A stretch of 64,000 nt of DNA from an uncultured bacterium (GCA_964482725.1 CAYZYT010000002.1:5591-69590), one strand, 5' to 3'. Positions 40,901-55,900 are shown, counted from the first letter of the stretch. Notes: generated by a model not told the origin, from the sequence alone. Numbers and translations: made by a program.

Positions 40901-43900
40901 ATTGCCCGCTTCAGCTTGGGTACAAATCTATTACTTCCTGGCTCGGATGCTCTTTTTGCCGGCGGAGCATCAGGAACCTTTGTCGGTTCTGGCTCTGTGA
41001 ACTGGCAGGATAAAACAGTGAGGATCCAGGATGTAAAAAGTGTTTCCTTGAATCTCCGATGGGCGCTGACCTCGAACGGACTCTATCAGAGAACGAACCT
41101 TGCGACGGGCGAATCGGACAGAATGCTCCAGGGCGATGGAGCGACGGAGTGTAAGAAAATCGTCGACTCCACTGGCGTTGCAAAATATGCAAATCAGGGC
41201 GAGATCCGCTCCGGGGCCACGGTTGTTTACGAAGGAACGAACGTTGACGGAAAAACAGTTTTTGTAGGATACGACGCGCTGAATCGGTTCGTGCTCTCCG
41301 GCACGGTGATCGGTGGCAGCGTCAGCATTCAAAATGCCATCAATTTTTCCAAAGACAGGTCCTGGACCGTTTTGCCTAACGGCACTTTGCTCACCACCCA
41401 GATCTCAACGGGGATCGTACTGTCTGCCACGAATGCAAAGGGAACCGCTTTGCCGATGACGCGAGTAACAACCACACGGAACGGTCTTGCGGAGGCCGGA
41501 ATCACGGGCGTTGCTCTTGATCAGAACGGCAAGAAGATCCCTGTCAATTTGACAGTTCCGGTGGGGAGTTGGGTTCTCAAGGACGGTACGACGACGCTGT
41601 TCCTCAACGGAGAACGGACCAGTATTTTTGGGATCATGAACGGTGTCCAGATCCAGCAGTGGATCACGGATCAATATGTTCTGCAGGGTGATGGAAGCGG
41701 ACTTGTGATTGCGGATCGTTTCTCTGGAAAGATCCTCGGTGGATGGGACATCCGCAAGGGGGATACCTTTGGACGGGCTTTAGAATGGAAAGCCGGGGAA
41801 GTCATGAACGCTGCGGCGAGGCAGGGGGCAGAACGTCAGGTGCAGGAAGAGGTCCAAACAGCCCTGGAGACTCCGGCGGAAGTGGCTCCTGTATCCGTGA
41901 TGGAACAGTTGGTCTTGGAGATCGTGGCACAATCGCTTGAGGGAACAGGTCTGACCTTAGGCGCCAACGGTGCTCTCGAAACCATCCCAGAGGGTTTTGT
42001 GGCGATCGATCAAACCCAGATCGTCAAGGCTCAGCCGGTCACCGCGGTGAATTATAAAAATCAGGCCGGAGTATCGCAGACTGCGAACTTGATGACCCCG
42101 TCCAAGGCGCTGGTAAGCGTCGGGGCGACGGAAGCGACGACTCTCCGGATCTTCATGGACGGTGAAAGCAAGATCGTAGGAACGACCGTGGGCGATGTGC
42201 GTTACGCCAGCTCGATCGTCTTTTTCAAAACTGTCGATGCGAATGGGAATGTGAACGGATTTGTTCAGAATCAAGGGACCGGCTGGATTGCGGTGATGAA
42301 TGCTTCGGGTATCCTTGTGGGCGGCTTGGATATCCGCGATCCGTACGCGCCGCAGGCGATGGTCTGGGAAACTAGCGCCATGAACCCGCTGGGGCAACGA
42401 CAATACACCATCACAGATAAGGGCGAAGCGAAAACACTGACGCTTGACCGGTCGACGCAGGCACTCGTCGGGCGAAATGCTGATAATCCGGAGGCGACTC
42501 TCCGCGTCTACGCGAACAGAAATGCAATGACCGGCTCGTATGAAATCGCCGGAGCGACGCTGGGCGGTCTCTCCGACGCAGCTCACATTATTTTCTTCCG
42601 CGCCGGTATTTATTTGCTTTCCGGAGATTCTGTGGCCGGGATTGCTTCCGATATTTTGACTGTCCAAAATACCTTAACGCAGGAGTTTCTGGGGTATTTG
42701 GGTGCAGACGGAGCTTTTGTCTCCGGTGCGGCGGCCGCGCTTTCAACTCCTGAAGCTCGTGCTGTGAATTCCCAAGCGGGTATCGGAAAAGGTTCGGTTG
42801 CTTACGATCATGTTTATCGGGTCAAGGGCGCGGACGAGAAATATCACGGTTATTTCTATCAAGGCATCAATCTTGTAGGAAAAACGGTAGCAAACAACCT
42901 CAAAGACGTCGGCCAGCTTGGAAGCAATAATGCGAAGCAGGGGCTTCTGACCGCATTCTATAAAGTGGGCGAAACTCTTTACACTCATAGCGCGAGCGCG
43001 CTCCAGAACGGCGATTACGGGGTTTATCTTGCGACCAATAAGGCGGGAAAACCTATCGGAATGATTGGCGTCAGCGGTGCGTTCTATGCGATAGAAACGT
43101 TGTCGTCTCCGACCGAGATCAATTTAAATACCCGCACCGGAAGCGTTGCGTCTCGGCAGGGTGAATTTCGTTTGCGGGCGGATGCCGGGGAAGGTGGAGA
43201 ATTTTATTACACCTACCTCGATCGGAATCAGGCAGAAATCGTCACGATGCGCATGAATGACAAGGCCGCCCTGTCGAGCATGACCCGGGAGGGTTTGATC
43301 GTGGCTGACGTTTTGAAACCGATCGAAGGCATGAGCTATATGGCGTATCAAATCGCCGGATTTACTTATGTCTTGAGTCCTAAATTGGCTGAGACTCGGG
43401 CTCTCGCGATCTTCGATCGCAGCGGCCGATTGACCTCTTATCTCAATGAGAATGGAACGCTGGGAAGTCAGTATCAGAAGGATCCTGCGGCCGCAGGCGA
43501 ATTGATGACGGTTGCCAGGATCAACGGTTTTGACCACGATCGCAGTTTTGGGGTGGTGCGCGCGGATGGCCAGATATTCCGCATCTATGTGAAGGGGAAC
43601 GACGCGGTACTGTTGGCCACGACGTGGGAGAAGCCCGACAGCGGGCGGTCGGTGGATCAAATGATGAGCGGCGCTCTTTCGGTCGCGAATCTCGATCAGG
43701 CAAGCACCAATATCCTGTTCGTTCAAACGGCGGATTATTTCTTCCGAGGCATTTCGCAGTCTTCCGCACGGAGTATTTTCCTGAGGACCGACCTGAGAAC
43801 CGGGGAGACAAACGGGATTCAGGGGGTGAATGGATTTGTGGCATTCCCCGTGACCCATGTAGCTTTGCTGGATCCTTTGGGCGATGCCCAAAAGCCTTTT

Positions 43901-46900
43901 AAATTTTCGACATTTATGCAGGTTCAGGCCCGGGATCGGGCTGGGAAAGTTGTGGAAGCGGGTTTGTACTTGAACAACCAAAGGGAGGTCGTCGGATTGA
44001 TCTCTGCGGCTCAAGGAACCATGCTGGCCGCAAATATGCTGATGTCGACCCATGAGTTGATCCAGACCGTATTTTTTAAGATCGGCGGGATCACTTATTC
44101 CCCCTGGTTGCCTGGTATTTTGCAGACGAGGGACGCTTCCGGACAATTGGGCGCTTACGATATCAAGACCCGGGAATATGCCGTCGTGGAAGCTTATGAT
44201 CCCCAAAAACACGGAACTGCTTCGTTTACGCATCCTGGCGTTAAAAATCCGATCACGCTCAAAGCGGACACGGTCCTTTTCTTTAAAGGGAAAACGCTGG
44301 CTGAAAACCGGCTGATCTTCCTGAGTAACGGTAATTTTGTTGCTTTCCAGGTGGGGACGGTCCTCCAGACGCTTTATGACGGAAATTATCGCGTTCAACT
44401 GGAATCGGGTTCCTGGTACTCCATTGCGGAAAAACAAGGAACCGAATATGTTCCCATCGCGGGTTTGACCGCCGGGAAGGTCATGGTACCACTCTATGAA
44501 AAATCAACGACCGAGGCGGAAGCCTTGAGAGCGAGCCATGAACTTGGCGCCGGCCAATCGCTCAATCCAACGGCAAGAGACGGCTCGTCATTAGCTTCGG
44601 TCAAGAGTTACGGTCTCGCGCGTGCGTCTAAGGTTTTTGCCGACGCAACCGGGCGGACTGTAATCTTTTGCTCGAAAAATGAGTCCGGACGTTATGAAAC
44701 GATCGCTGTTTTTAACAATACTGAAAAACAGAGAAGCATTGGCTTTCTCAACACCGGCACCTACATCATCCAGCCGGTCCGGGGCGGTTTGTATGAATAT
44801 TACAGGGTGACCCCGGAGGGTTCGAGAGGGGCGTTGCTTGGCTATAGCCTGATCCAGGATCCGACCGTAACCGGGAGAATGGTCACGGATCCAAGGACGG
44901 TTGCCGGAATGGCGCGTGAGGCTTCCTTCACGACCACGGGGACCAAACGTACCTTGGACCTCAGAGGGGCAACCGCAGTACTTGTATTTGGAGATGCGAA
45001 GCCCGGAAAGAATCAAAACGAGAAAATATGCACTGTCTTTTTGGGGCCTGACGAAAGAGGCGTAACCGGTGTCATGGCGGTCTTTGATGGCCGCATGCCC
45101 GAGCTTACTAACCCGAATCGCGCGGGGGTCCTTGCCGCCCAGCTTCAATATGCTCATATTGGAAGCACCTTTTATACAAAGGCTTTAACTTCGACGGATG
45201 GTGTAGTGCTTTCAACCTACAATGCCGCCACCGGACGCACGGAATATTTTGGCGTGACGAGCGCAGGCATGGGCGTCGAGGCGACCCAGCTCAATGCGCC
45301 TGAAAACAGGTCTTTCTCGGATTTCCTGAACACGGAACTGGGACGGGTGTTTGCGGGCGAGGGGGTTCACACCAGCGCAACTGCGATGCTGATCCGTTTC
45401 GGGAAGACGGAAGCGGTATTGGATCCTGCCCGGACGGATAACGAACTGGTTTACTCTAATGTGTCTCGTGGGGAAAATTATCGAGTCGTGACCTATGTTT
45501 CTGACCGGGGATATGCGTATGCCGAAACCTACGAAAAGAAACCGATCCGGTGGGATGCTCCGAGTGGCGCCAGGAATGTAAACACGAACGTCCCGGACAT
45601 GCGATCGCCGAGTGTCCTGATCGATACACTGATCAGTGCCATCACGAGGGATCCTTCAGGAAAGATCGTGCAGGCGTGGATCTCGCAAACGCCGGGACAG
45701 TATTACGGGGCTGAACAGATCCGCGAATCGACACGGTACTCCGGAATTTCCTTCATTGAATATGCGAAGGACCAATGGGTCAGCCTGAGTCCGTGGGAAA
45801 CCGGTGTGAAGATCTATTCGGAAGGCACCAAGATCCACGAAGTATACAGCGGCAAATTCGTAGCGTTCGGGGAGGTTCAGATCAGGGAGATGACCGTCAC
45901 GTACGATCGCTTAAATCCCAATCGTCCTGAGGCCTACAAATTTGACATTGCGTGGAGTGTTGCTCATGACGTGGAATTCACTGTGAATGACTTGATGAAG
46001 ACCGGAATGGCTGCAACGATCAACTGCCAGCAATTCGGCGGGCCCAAAACGGAATTCGTTACGTTCTCGATCAATCGTGACGGAATGATCACAGGGCTTT
46101 CGCAAATGAACGACGAGGAGTTTTCAGATGCAGCCCTCACTTATGACTCGACCGGTGTTTTGAGCACGATCGACACTCATTCTTCGTTCAACCGCCTGGA
46201 AACAAAGTCTTTGGATTACTTCGACACCTACGGACAATTCGTCCGAAGCGAGGAGTATTTCACGAACAATATCACATGGACGGAACTTTCTTTAGGCCAG
46301 CAAGTGACCGCCATCGGTACCGGTGTTGCAGCCGTAGCTGCCGCAATTGCGGTAACGGCATTTACAGGGGGAACGGGCGTTGGGGTTTTTGGATTGGTAG
46401 GAGGATTAGGGTGGAGTGCGACAGCGGCTATTGCGGCTGGCGGTGTCACTGCTCTCGGGATCGGCGCGACGATGTATGTAAGCGGTCGCGTTGGCGGTGT
46501 TTATGGCTGGCAAGTGGGTGGACAAGCCGGAATAGCGGTGGGTGCTGTGATGGTCCTGATCGCTTCCGGCGGTATTGGCGGCACAGGCTGGGTCGCGTGG
46601 GCCGGCATGGGTGGCATGGCGTGTTATGTGACTCATTTTGGTTTGACTGAATTCATGGGCGTTGATAGGGACAATTTAGCCATGAAAGCTCTTGATCTTG
46701 CCGGCATGGTGGGCATCTGGACCGGGGTTGGCGCTGCTTTGTGGAAAGGCATGGTCGGGAAGGTCGGGGCAACGGCCATCGGTCGTTATCTGACGCGTAA
46801 TTTCAGCATAGAAGCCGGGGAACGTCTGGCGGTTGCCGAAGGCCGGAATGTCGCGGCAATGGGAGCTAATAAATTTACAAGATCGTTTAATTTGACAAGA

Positions 46901-49900
46901 CTGGCATTCGAAAAGAATTTCAAACCCGAAGTCCTCAACTTAAGTTTGCGTTTGTGGGACGCGACGCAATTAGTTTCAATAAAAGCAGCCTTGGCAAGTA
47001 TTCCGGTGGTTACGATGGATACCATTCTGGGAGGTGCGGTGATTGCGGTCATCGCGGCTTTCTCGATCCAGTTCCTTGCCGGTAACAATCTGACCATGGC
47101 GGAAAAAGGAGCGCTTGTCGGCGTTGCGACTGCTTTAGGGCTCGCACTCAGCTATGCCATTGCCCGAAATGTTAGTGCCTATGCTTTGGGACGCTGGACA
47201 ATGACCATGCAAAAAGCGCTTACGAAAGAAAGAAGTCTTGTTCCTTTCCGGACAATGAGAGATGCGGTTAAATCTTTCGCTCCAAGCGCAGTATTTAAAG
47301 GTTCTTCCTATGCGGGTTTTCAGGAGGTTTCGAATTGGGCGATTGGCGCTGGTATCGCAACGTTTGCCGTAGGCCAAATGATCGATTCGCAAGAGCTCAA
47401 GTTTGTTGGACTGGTCATCGGCGCCGGAGCTGCACTGCCGCGGATGTTCCTCTTTTTCTTTGGAAACCCAATTGCCCTTATGAACAATAAACCCTGGACA
47501 TTCAGCCAGGTCGCGGCCGGACTCGGCATGCTGTCGGGTTGGTCTGGTGTGATTGTCGCGTACGGGGGATGGAAGACTGGATCTGAAGATTATAAATCCT
47601 TGGGCAAGGCCCTGATCATGGCCGGATTTGCCATGCGGGCACTGGCCGGGGCGATCGGTGGGGCTACGGTTTTTGGACTTAAAGGTGAATTAGATCTCGG
47701 CCTGATGGCAGGATCCAAACTAAATGCGACATTCCTGCTCAAAGTTCCCGGGGAAACGGTACTCGACAGGCTTTGGGCTCAAGGAGTTAAAAGCATCTTA
47801 TTCTTCCGGTTCTTCGGTATCGCACAAGCGGCTTTTGGGATCGATCATATGGTGGATGCGATCGCGTCTTCTCTGGGGTACCAGACCCCGCTTCTCGCGG
47901 GCGATAAAAATGATCCTGATGGGTTGGCAAAAGCCGGCTATTGGAAGCACCTCGGCCAGGTTCTTGCCAAAGAGCTTGGCATTGGAAGAAACGTTTTTCA
48001 GCAGGGCGGCCTTCTGGATGTGGATCGTCTGGCCCATGACTTTATTCTCGGGTTCCTGATGCATCATGTCGGGATCACGTACCGTGGAGGCACGGGCTTT
48101 CTTAAGACGTTGGGAGAGAAACAAGGCGTGGTTAAATTTGTGTGGAGTTCCTTGAATCCCGCATCCTTTGAGAGAAGGTTGGCGGCAGGACAATCTCAGT
48201 CGCTGGGTATGGCGGCATTCCATTTTGCGGACAACATGCTTATGTTCAATCTCGTAGTCGCGCCGCTCCAGGCTTGGGCAACCCTTTATGGAAAAGAAGC
48301 CGCAGCAGAAAGCTCTTACCGCCAGCAGATCCTCCAACTCGGAGAGATGCTTGGGGCTTATTTTATGATGCCGCTCTCCGCGGTTTTTGCCCTGACCGGA
48401 AATACAGCAGATGAAAAAAAGTTCGTGGGCGATCTCAACTCCTTTGGCATATTCCTTGTCCCTCAGCACGGAGGCCGGTTCGCGTTGGATTACTTTATGC
48501 AGGAATTACGCGGTGAATCCACCAAGCAAATGGGCGAAAGAATCGGCGGCGAAAGATTGAGTGAAGAGAAAAAAGCCAGCACGGAATGGCAAAGAGACCT
48601 CGGAACAAGCATCATGGCGGAACGCTTGAATGATCTGGCACGAACAAATCCTGAATACGCAAAACGCATTATGGTAGATCTGCAACAGGTCGGAACTTTG
48701 CAGAGCCTCGCTGATCGTGCCAATGAAGCGCCTCTTGGAGTCAACGAAGCGGTCCGTCTGCTCGCTTCCGGTGATCTTGGCAAGAGCGTGGATCTTATGT
48801 TCAATTCCAAAGCGTTAGGGATCTTCGTCCAGGATCTTGGCGCAGAGCTTTATCGATCCGTTGTCTCCCGGGAGGTTGAGGGCGGTTTGAAAGACACGTC
48901 GGCGGATCAGGCTACTAAAAATATGAGAGTCGCGATCCTGAACGGGGCCAAGGACGGAAGAAAGATCTCGGAAGTTTGGAAAGACCCCGATGTCGGGGGA
49001 GAACTGGCGATGCCCGAAGCCTGGAGATCAGCGGCCGATCTTGTGATCACTGCAAGTCTTCGACCGATCGTGGCCTCCCGGTTATGGGAATTGCAATCAA
49101 AAATGGCTGAAGGCCTATTCAAAGAACTTGGGATATTCAAAACGAACGCTCTGAGCGGTCGTACGGATGCGACCTTTACCTATGACGGTTACAGACTTTC
49201 GAATGAAGGCGTCAAAGCCCTGTCCATCGCGGCGGGCGGGAATAAGGATTATGTCGGTTATGCCAGAGACTACATCCAGCGCAGTACGTTGGCGGGGATG
49301 AAGGATCGAGCCCTTGCCGAAGCCTATGAGAAGGGTGGTTTTGATATCCTTACGTCCGATCAAAAAATGCTATTCCTTACCGAGTACTCCACGGCGCTCA
49401 AGGATCTCTTCAGACCTCTCACGGAAAGTGAGCTGGGCCCCGGATTCCTAAAAGCGATCCTGGGCGTTTATGTAACCGAAGTCCTCACAAGGGCTTCGGA
49501 TATTATGACCGAAGGATTACGAGACGGGAGCCTGAAAATCGAGGATGGCTTGATTCGCACCAAAGACGGCGCGGAAATAGACCTGTTTAAGAATATCAAA
49601 CTCCGGGAGGACCGACTTGCTACGACCGGAAAAGACGGAACGTCCGAAGAGCAAAGACTGATCCGTGCGATGCTCGCCGGCAATGAATTGCAGAACAGGA
49701 TGATCACCGAATTCACGAAAAAGATCTCGGACCAATACCAGGCGGTTTTGATGGCGAAAGATGATGTCTCTCTGGCTGCTGCCTTGACAGCGCTTTTCGG
49801 ATCCGCGGAAAATGTGACCGAGATCTGGGGCATGCTCAATGGGCTTCGGGCCCGCTTTGAGGCGCTGGGCCTCGGGGAGATCTTCAGGAGCGAGGCGGGA

Positions 49901-52900
49901 GATTTCCTGGCATCCCAGATGTTGGGTCAGATCAACGAAGGCAAGAATGTTTTTAGTCCGAAAGCTTTGTATGCCAAGACCGGGGAGGGCGATGCAGCCA
50001 AAGTCACCGGGATCCTTGCGAACTACAAACGGCTTGCAGAGAATGTCGACAATGCCAAGAACAGGGATCTTTATAAACTAACGGAAGACGTTGATCCCAT
50101 GGTGAAGCTATTGATCGATGGAGCGTTTGATCAGATCGGCCCCATGATCATCGCGGAACTGAATCGGATCAGATCAGGAGGCATGCTTAGTTTTAAAGAG
50201 AGAGAATCTTTTAACGGTATCTCGGAAGGAATTGTTAACGAAAATGGCGAAGTGATACAGACGAACAACATTTTCATGGTTTGGAAGAACAGCCTCAAGA
50301 CGGGGTTGGCAGATCGGCCGGCGGTTCAACTGCTGGAGGCTGTCGTGGCGAAACTCCGGGCGGATGGCAAAACTGAAAGAGCGGCGGAGCTTGAGGCGAA
50401 AAGAGAGGAATACGAGTCCAAGGATCAGACCGCTCAAAGGACCGACCTAAGGGCTTCTCTTATTACTGAACTGGCCAAGCTTTATTTTGGAAAATTCCTT
50501 GATTTTGCCAAGACGATGGTCGCGAACGGCCCGAATGGCGGGCGTTTATTTGCCGAGACTTTTGCGGACAAATCCCTCCGTTTCGACCTGATGGATCCTC
50601 TGAGCGCTCTTTCCGCCGGGGATTCGGTCCGGTCGAATCTCGAGCTTTTGGCTTTCGCGAACGCAATGTGGGAAGCGAAGGGGTGGTGCGTCACAATCGA
50701 ACAGATCGACAGTTTCATGAAAGCCAAGACCGGCCATATCAACGCCGCGATGGGCGCCGGAAAAACGCTGGTCGGCGTTGCCCTGATCTCTTCGGAAAAT
50801 ATCGGGATCGTCCTTGTCCCGAATTCTGCGCTGGCGCGGAATATGATGAACGGTCAAGACTTTCTCTCAGTCATGTCAGGCGGCACCAAGAGCTTTGTGG
50901 ATGGGATCGCTCTTATCGAGCAGATCCGGAGCACGGATATGGCGGTTTCAAAAGCGGCGCTTGAAACATTCCTTGGGTATCTGGAAGCCAAGGACAAAAC
51001 GGCGATTCTTGTGACAGACCGGGACTCTTTTGGCCATTTGAAGAATTATCTTCATACCAATTCTCATCGCTATGGAGAGCTGCGCAAGGAATACAATTCC
51101 GTCTATGAGCGGTTTGAAAGAGCCTATGAAGCGAATAAGAAGCTCATGGATGAGATCCATCAGTGCGCCAACCCGATGTATTTTATCATTGGCGGCGATC
51201 CCATCAAGGCCGGCGAATCAATGCCGAATTATCGGCTGTTAAAGACCATTGCGGATGTGCTGGGAGGTGTGGGAGAGGACGGGAGACCCGATGTAACACA
51301 ATCCCTGATGCGATACGAAGGGGATAAGGATTACGATCCGGCAAGGCACATCCTTGTTCTTGAAGAAAATTCAGCGAACACCCGAATGCTCCGGGAGCCC
51401 GGATGGAAGAACCGTGCGGTTGTGCTTGTTCGAAACAAGGAATTTGTGGCCTGGTCCAATTATGATGCGATCAAGAAGGTTCTGAGGAGTGACCCACGGA
51501 TCATGGCGGAATGGGATGCTGTCGCCGGAAAAGCGACACCGCTTTATTCCTCGGAACTTGCTTCGATCTTGAGAGCGTTGGTGATCCGGTCTTCCGATTT
51601 CAGCGCCATTCTCACAATCCTTGGCAATCAACTCGGCGTTGACGGCGGACAATACCGGCCGCGCAGTTTTGAAGGCAAGCTCGAGACAAACCAGATCATC
51701 GAGGATACGGCCTGGTTGATCGGCGTACGGAGTCTCGCAAACAGTGCGCTGCATGTAAAGGAAATCGGCGGAAAGAGATTGACGGATGAACAGCGGACGG
51801 AGTTAAAAGAAGTTGTTCGAAGTCTCTATCTCCGGAACCGGAGAGCCGACGAGATCCGGAACGGCGAATCCCGAGATGCCGAGTATCACCTCGAAGTGAC
51901 TAAAACCGTCACGGCAGTCAGTATGTATGACCTTTTTGCCGGAGAACGCAGTTTTGGTATGTCCGGGACCTTGCTGGAGGTCCAGATCCCGATCGAAGTC
52001 CTGAGCGGCCGCAAGACAGGCGTAGTGACAACGGAGGGGGAAACGCTTTCCTATCTGACCGAAATGTACGCCTCCTCGAAACACGGCATGAATCAGCGGC
52101 ATAGCTTTAAGGTTTATGACCAGTTCGGAGGAACGTCGCGTGTCGATCTTGCGCTGGCCCATTATTCCGGAGAGCGAGCGCCGGGAATGGAAAACCTTGC
52201 GATTAAATTCACCAAAGGCGCTTCCACGCTTGTTGGATATGGCAATGACGGTTCCATGATGACCGATTACAAAAAAATTATGGAGCGAGGGTTTGTTGAC
52301 GGCTTAACTCATTCTGCCATTCGCGATTTGTTGCAGGTGAAGAATAGCTATGATGCTAAAAAGAGTGCATTGGAACGAGCTTCTCCGGCGGAAAGAACCG
52401 CGTTGGAGGCAGAAGTTGATGCGCTGAAAAAAACTTTAGATTTAAAATCAGCGGAAGTTAAAAAGCTAAATATCGTTCTTAAGATCGACGGCCGGTTGGG
52501 AGATGAAGGCATCAACAGTGTTGACGGTGTGAAGAAAATCTTCAATGCTTTAAATGAGCTCAATGCCAAGGTTCTTTTGTTGACCAATTCGCGCGGTTTG
52601 ACGGGCGTGGACTACCAGGCCACAGCCAACTTCCTTCTTTTTGCGGGAAGCTTCACAAATGCCCAGCTTATGCAGGCGATCTGGCGTATCGGTCGTACGC
52701 GAATGGATGGAAACCGGTGGGAAAGTCATGCCGCGGTTTTTGTGGATGAGGCACGTTCCGAGGCCCTGCTCCAGAGTCTGAGGGTTCAGGATCCTGCCAA
52801 GGGAACTTATGCAAGTATTGATGCTTGGACGGATTATTTCCGGACCCGGTGGGCGGATGCGCGGACCCGGACCGGGCTTATCTTTGAAGGCTCGGACGGC

Positions 52901-55900
52901 AGACAGAACAGCATCTTTGAGGTTCTCGAGAAGGTCCGGGATGGCGAAAAACTTACAGCCGAAGAGACGCTTTACCTTTCCACCATGATCAACACGGCCG
53001 AGGCTTCGTCGAAGACCGCCAAGTCGCTTCTGGAACAATTGATCACGTTCCGCGTGATGATCGATCCGGTGAAGGCCGCTTATCACCGGGCGCTTGGACT
53101 TGGCGATCAGCAGGCGGCCGATCTGATCATGAAGTTCGGTGAACATTTGCATCGCCAGTTAAAGAGCGATGTCGGATTGGAATATTCTTCGGATTATACA
53201 AAGGGAGACGCTTACGTCCGTTCAGTCTTGCGTGAGCGTGCCGACACGATCGCCAATGAGCTTTCTATGTTCCTGGATGGCGTCGTAACGAAAAAAGGAA
53301 TGGTTCTGGATCCCGAGACTTCTGGGAAGGGAGCAATGCTTCGGCCGGAGATCCGGGAGATCCTGATGGGTGCCAAGGTCCAGGCCAATAAGATTCTCGA
53401 CAAATTGACCGATTACAAGGATATCGAGAGAAAGACAGATGCCGCCCGCGGCGTTGCTCAAGGGGACTTGAACCGTCGCACGGATCTCTCAGCCTCGGAT
53501 AAGGCGGAGATCCTGATCAAGATCTCGCAGCAATTTGCGATCGACATTTCGCCCGAAGCGTCCAGACGAAGTCCGACGCCGGAAGCCATCCAGCGTATGA
53601 AAGAACAGAATACGTACAAGGTCAGCAATGAAGCGACCGAAGGTCTGCGGAAGAACAACGCCGACGTTTTTGATAAGGTGGCTCAAGCGGGCGGTTCGGA
53701 GAACCTCTTCTATGAGCGCAATGCCGGAGAGACCACAGGGACCTGGACATTGCTGGGGCAGACGTTGAACATGACCGAAGTACAGCTGCCGTCCGCTGTG
53801 ACCGCCATGGCGGAGATCGTGGGCGTTCTTTCGATGATGCTCAATGCGGACGGGTCGATGTCCCTCGCTCCTGCGCTGGACTACGCGGTTGACAAGAATC
53901 CGGCGCGACTCACACTTAGCGAAGAAAACTGGAAATGGAGCAAACAGCGTTCCCAGGGATTGGGAGAGGTTGTGGCTCTGTTCAGTGATTCCACAAAAGT
54001 TAAAGGGCTGTTGCAACTTCAGACCTTGCTCGATCAACTGGATGGATTTACAGCAACAGACCGGAGTATCCTGATGGAAACCGCAAGCCTGAAAACCTCC
54101 GATTTCGGAGACATGCTCAAACTCCTGAAGGGGACAAAAGGGTTCAATGAACGCCTTAGAGTGATTGCGTTTTATCTACCCAAGCTTGGGAATGATGCAC
54201 AAACGGAACTGGCACGACGCGATTCTAAAGATCTGACTCTTTTGACGCAGCTTAACGAACAGGTTGGCAACCTCAAAAAGATCGCCCGGTTTATCGCAAA
54301 CTATGTGCCGGAATTCAGCGGTAGCGTCACTGAATTGACAGGGGTCAACCTGGTACAGGTGTGGCTCGCACTCAAGACCGTAGATCAGGAGATCAATGCT
54401 CAAAGTGCTGCCGCTCGCAAAGATCCAAAACAATTTGCAAAAGCGATGCTTCCGATCGTGCTCAAGACGGCCATTCTCGGTTCTGAGGCCGTGAATCTCA
54501 AAAAGCGTCAAGCTCTCCTGAAAAAGACCCTGGAAAAAGCCGGTCTTCTGGCGATTGCGGATGCGGCCATGGAGCCCGTTGAAGGCCTTTCCACGGAAAA
54601 TGGTGATATCCTGGCTCTTGTGGCTCAGTCCGTACTTTTGCAGCGCGATTTCCAGAAAGGCTTTTCGAGTATCCGGGAACGGCTTACCATGATCCACGAG
54701 CTTCAAACGACCGGTATGACCCCTGAGGATAAAGAAATCCTTTCCATAGATCGCGTGGCCAATCTTATCCAAAATAGTCACTATACAGAAAATGATGTCA
54801 AGCAAGTGATCCGCCTGGCCAAGGAGTTAAACTCGAAAAAGATCCGTTATTCTTCCGCGGATGATGTGATCGAGCTTTACAGACAGGGAGTTCGCGAAGC
54901 CCAAGTGGCCGGAATCCTGAGCGCGACCGAGGAACAAGCCGACATCCAGATCAAAGACGCTTCGGATATCATCCAGATCATCCATGTGTTCGGTCTCGAT
55001 TTCTCTGGAGTGGAAGCGGGGATCGCTTACTTGAAAGAGAAGATCCGTGATCCCCAGTTTGTTAGATCTGCAGCCGCAAATCATTTCCTTAAACCGATCC
55101 TCGATGCGACCGGAGCTGTGACCGGATTTGAAGTGGTGGATTTGACGGGGAGGCGTCGCGGCTTACTCGACGGCCTTTCAGATCTCCAGGACATCAAAGT
55201 TCAATATCGCGGCGGAAATTGGATCTTCCGGAGCAGCAAAAAAAGCGACTTGCAGAATAAAGATTTGTATGTAGAACTGAATGCCAAGCGATTGGAACAG
55301 CGGGTCTATGACCATGACCAGGTCGCCGTCACTTTGATCCGCGAAGGAACCGAACTTCTGATCCACGGAGTATCTTTTAATGGCGGACAGCCACTTCGCC
55401 TGGATACATTCACAAACGCGACGGCATTCCGTACTGGTTGGCGCGATGTTGAGGGCGGGCGCGTTTTTGAGATCCGCGCAGAAGGGGACAAAGGAATCGA
55501 TATCGGTCGCGTCCAACTCATCTTCGATCAGAACGGACACCTCGTTCAGGCGGATCAGCAGAACCGTCCGGGGCAGGAGAACGTTCATCCTGAGGTGCGT
55601 GTACTCACGCCCGGTGGCCAAGAGCTTCTGGTTCTTCCCGTAATGCCTGAGATTCAGCGTGTGGGGACGGACGGCGTCACTTACGTCCTTCGATCGCAGC
55701 TTCCCGGTACCCAGGCAACCCCGGAATTCAAAGTACCGTTCACAGGTACCGTGGATCTCGCAACCGTTCTTCCTTTCATGAAGGATCTGATCGAAGCATC
55801 TCAATTTGATGCCAATATTGATCCCACGGTTAGCGGCGAAGATCGTGCGAACAGGAGAACGACTTCCTATAAGCTCGGAATTCTTTTTGAATTAATGATG

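Noticed and set aside
43860-43890. DPLGD as the RHS autoproteolytic DPxGL site
   Set aside because: It lies about 9 kb downstream of the YD region and lacks the surrounding RHS core consensus. Probably coincidental.
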